This document shows positions 61,395 through 64,000 of a stretch of DNA of 64,000 nt, in pieces. The position numbers were made by a program, and so were the translations under genes. Where the stretch lies: assembly GCA_963733195.1 (NCBI GenBank), contig CAVTCR010000078.1:8393-72392 (forward strand), read 5' to 3'. Below the pieces are notes generated by a model. The model was not told the DNA's origin. It was given only the letters and a program-made list of their open reading frames with translations, and did not search any database. The stretch's first letter is position 1; each line of letters opens with the position of its first letter. The DNA is from an uncultured delta proteobacterium (GTDB taxonomy: Bacteria; Desulfobacterota; Binatia; Bin18).

Positions 61395-62576
61395 TTAAAA
61401 CCGTGCTCCTCCCGCATGTTTTTCGTACGCTTTGGTCTCAAGAATCTTCTTTATTTCACTTACCGTGACCTCAAGCTCTTCGTCTTTGGTGTAAAAATGC
61501 GGGGCAATGCGGATACCTGCACCAGGGCGGAAATCGACAAGGATATCTCTTCGGGAGAGTTCTTGTACCACTGCTGCGGCGTGGGGCACATCGACAACAA
61601 CCGTCCCTCCACGTCTGGCTGGATCGCGCGGTGAATTGACCCGCCATCCTTGTGCATCCGCCAGTTCCATCAGTCGTGCGGTCTGACGCAGAGATTTCAC
61701 ACGGATACGCTCAACCCCTATCTCGTTAATAATATCGTAGCCACTTTCAGCCGCGTACAACGCAGGAATTGCTGGCGAGCCATGCAGAAAACGATGGATA
61801 TCCTCGGCGTAAGTCATGTCCGGCTCAAAGGCAAATGGCGACTGATGGGCCATCCAGCCTGTCACCTGCGGTTCAAGTTTGCTGCGAAGTTTGGGATGGA
61901 CGTAGAGATACCCAGCACCAGGACCACCACAGAGCCATTTCACTGAACCGCCAGTGACAAAATCGACATCGAGATCTTTGACATTGAACGGTACCGTGCC
62001 TGCGGATTGATAGACATCAAGCACAACATAAGCGCCCACCGCATGCGCTTTGTCGATAATCGCTTTAGCATCTTGGATGTACGCGCTTTTGAACAGTACG
62101 TGAGAGATCGGGACTAGCAGCGTTTCTTCATTGATCGCCGCCAGCATCTTCTCGGTATCGATCGTGATGCCGTCTGTGCTCGGGACTTCCACCAGCGGCG
62201 CGTCAGCGGCTTTCGCATGAGCGGCATACACATACATCACCGACGGAAAGTTCATCGCCTCGTAGACAATTTTGTTGCGTTTTTGGCGGAGATCGAAACA
62301 CGACAGCACAAGCGACTGACAGACTGAGACGTTCTGATGCATAACAACTGAACCAGGGTCAGCACCAATAATTCTGGCAATCTTATCACCAGTGGTGACT
62401 GGCATCTCCCACCAGCCCTCGGCCCAGGCACGAATGCCACGTGTCGCCCACACATCGGCATACTCATGCAGCCTATCATATACGCGACGTGGCATCGCAC
62501 CGAGTGAGTGGCTAATCATGTAGACTGTACGTTCAAGGATAGGAAATTCTTTGCGATAGGTGAGTAATTCATCCAT
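61395..62576 (-). CDS. kynU: Kynureninase (class V PLP enzyme)
   Basis: HSLGAMP, NFPS..Y, D.YQS.G, GGSVKWLCGGPG; adjacent to kynA. Confidence 0.82.
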   Translation of the reverse strand: MDELLTYRKEFPILERTVYMISHSLGAMPRRVYDRLHEYADVWATRGIRAWAEGWWEMPVTTGDKIARIIGADPGSVVMHQNVSVCQSLVLSCFDLRQKRNKIVYEAMNFPSVMYVYAAHAKAADAPLVEVPSTDGITIDTEKMLAAINEETLLVPISHVLFKSAYIQDAKAIIDKAHAVGAYVVLDVYQSAGTVPFNVKDLDVDFVTGGSVKWLCGGPGAGYLYVHPKLRSKLEPQVTGWMAHQSPFAFEPDMTYAEDIHRFLHGSPAIPALYAAESGYDIINEIGVERIRVKSLRQTARLMELADAQGWRVNSPRDPARRGGTVVVDVPHAAAVVQELSRRDILVDFRPGAGIRIAPHFYTKDEELEVTVSEIKKILETKAYEKHAGGARF

Positions 62577-62629
62577 GGGGTGCGACCTTTCTTTATATGA
62601 CCACTCGAATTATCTTTCACTCATCACTC

Positions 62630-63477
62630 TTACTCCTCATTCATCAGCGACCGCGCTTCCCACAGTTCAGGAAAAAAGCGTTTATCAAGCGTTCCGCGTA
62701 GATACGACGCACCGCTACTGCCACCTGTCCCCATGCGCGCACCAATCGTACGCTCGACCATCTGAATGTGCCGTAGCCGCCATGACACCAACAGTTCATC
62801 GAACTCAGTCAACCGTTCACACACGTCGATCCAATCGCGATGCCCGCGTTCGTCACGGTAAAGAGCAACAATTCCTCAGGGCTCGCGTACGAAAGCGAGC
62901 CTCGTCCGTCGCACGCTCATCACTGTGCGGAACTGTACCAAGCGCAGTCAGTGCAGCAAAGAAGACATCCCGCAAGGATGGTTCACGCAGTCGCCGTTCA
63001 AGCGCGGCATGCATTTCCGGTGTCGCTTCATGCATCTGCAGTAGCTTTTCGTCTTTCAGTCCACAGAGAAATTCAATTTCGCGAAACTGCTCAGATTGAA
63101 AACCACTGGCAGGTTTCAACTTGTCGCGAAAGGCCAGGAAGTGAGACGGTAGCATCGTCTCCAGAATAGTGAACTGCTGCACCAACACACGAACAATTTC
63201 CGTACAGCGTCGTAATAAGCGCGCAGCTTCATAGACTTCATCTCGTGAACCAGGGTTTGTCGTTGCTCTGCGTAAGTTGGCAACAATTTCGTCAAGCTCA
63301 TGCAGCAACTGTTTGAACCACAGCTCGTAGGTTTGATGGGTAATGATAAACAGTAACTCGTCATGATGTGGAGGTGAAGATTGCGGATGTTGGAGGTTGA
63401 TGAGCTGTGGAACGTGAAGATAATCGCCGTAGGTGAGCTGCGACGCGATTTGACTGCGATGAATGCTCAGTGCTCAT
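62630..63477 (-). CDS. kynA: Tryptophan 2,3-dioxygenase (frameshifted)
   Basis: LTYGDYL, HHDELLFIITHQTYELWFKQ, ASGFQS.QFR.IEF..G, WR..H..MVER.IG...GTGGSSG..YL. Confidence 0.92.
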
Positions 63478-63605
63478 ACTAGGACAGCTTAGCACGTAAC
63501 ACGCAACACGTGACACGTAATACAGCAAGCACTCTCGGACATTCTTATGCTTTACGTTTTACGAAAACTGAAGCACGACTAAGAAGGAGGTGAGGGAACA
63601 CGACA

Positions 63606-63629
63606 AGGGCGCGTACGTACGCGCCCTAC
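63606..63629. repeat. GTAG-family REP-like palindrome
   Basis: AGGGCGCGTACGTACGCGCCCTAC. Confidence 0.7.
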
Positions 63630-63641
63630 GAAACTGGCCTG

Positions 63642-64000
63642 TTACGGAATGTAATTGAGGTCCTCCGGCAAAGGTCCGGCGATCGGTACCTCGAACAACG
63701 ATCCTGACCCGTCTGGATCAATAACCGTTGCACCATCCGAAGCGAAGAACTCGGCGATCTGCCGCTGGGCGCCTAGCCCAATATCCCCTAAATTTGGGGA
63801 GAAGACAGGGAGGAAGTCCAACAAAAACCCGTGCGGTTCCTTCGGAACTTCCGTGCCGGTCGGATTGCGTACGGGGTCGGCAAAGGCAAAATCATGACGG
63901 TAAAATGTTGCCCGATTGGCCAGGTCTCCAGCGCGGATTCAGCGCTGTTGTTGTGGATTCGGGGCGAACCCATCTCCTTTAGCGAACTGGATGATAACGG
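63642..64000 (-). CDS. C-terminus of an unknown protein (possibly a lipase-like alpha/beta hydrolase), runs off the window
   Basis: EPHGFL...AQRQIAEFFASDG...IDPDG...FEVPIAGPLPEDLNYIP*. Confidence 0.5.

Noticed and set aside
6521-63477. Widespread pseudogenisation or programmed frameshifting (LLM, res, mod, SNF2, sir, OMP, RNDs, ycaQ, kynA)
   Set aside because: Breaks are scattered single-base indels that cluster by region, hit conserved metabolic genes and leave motifs intact; sequencing/consensus error is more parsimonious. Cannot be settled without reads.

Overview
64-kb bacterial chromosomal window of moderate GC. Gene content (many luciferase-like monooxygenases, an Amidohydro_2 protein, a DUF1302-type OMP/RND/YCF48 cluster, Gld-like ABC) suggests a deltaproteobacterial-type lineage such as Candidatus Binatia; this is inference only. 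Many genes are split by single-base indels that cluster locally, most likely long-read/MAG consensus errors. Main blocks: SulP, PLP aminotransferase, LLMs, MFS, MazEF; a ~9-kb SNF2 helicase-AlbA_2 ATPase-Mod-Res (type III R-M-like) defence operon preceded by a c-di-GMP-I riboswitch with an intrinsic terminator; a sulfur-assimilation divergon (sirC-cobA-rrf2 / sir-cysH-tauE-cysK) with an unannotated selenoprotein (peroxiredoxin-like UxxC, in-frame TGA plus SECIS-like hairpin); a Gld-like ABC operon; a small cassette array (aspartic protease, disrupted PIN TA, RelE TA) delimited by a 14-24-bp direct repeat fused to REP-like hairpins; three paralogous RND/MMPL transporters with YCF48 and a DUF1302-like OMP; FAD oxidase, YcaQ, a Tat-exported LLM, typA, thiolase, arsR-arsI-acr3 with twin operators, gspHIJK, acyl-CoA dehydrogenase, kynA-kynU. 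Intergenic DNA is rich in REP-like palindromes and 7-mer tandem repeats. No rRNA, tRNA, CRISPR array, transposase or integrase was recognised.
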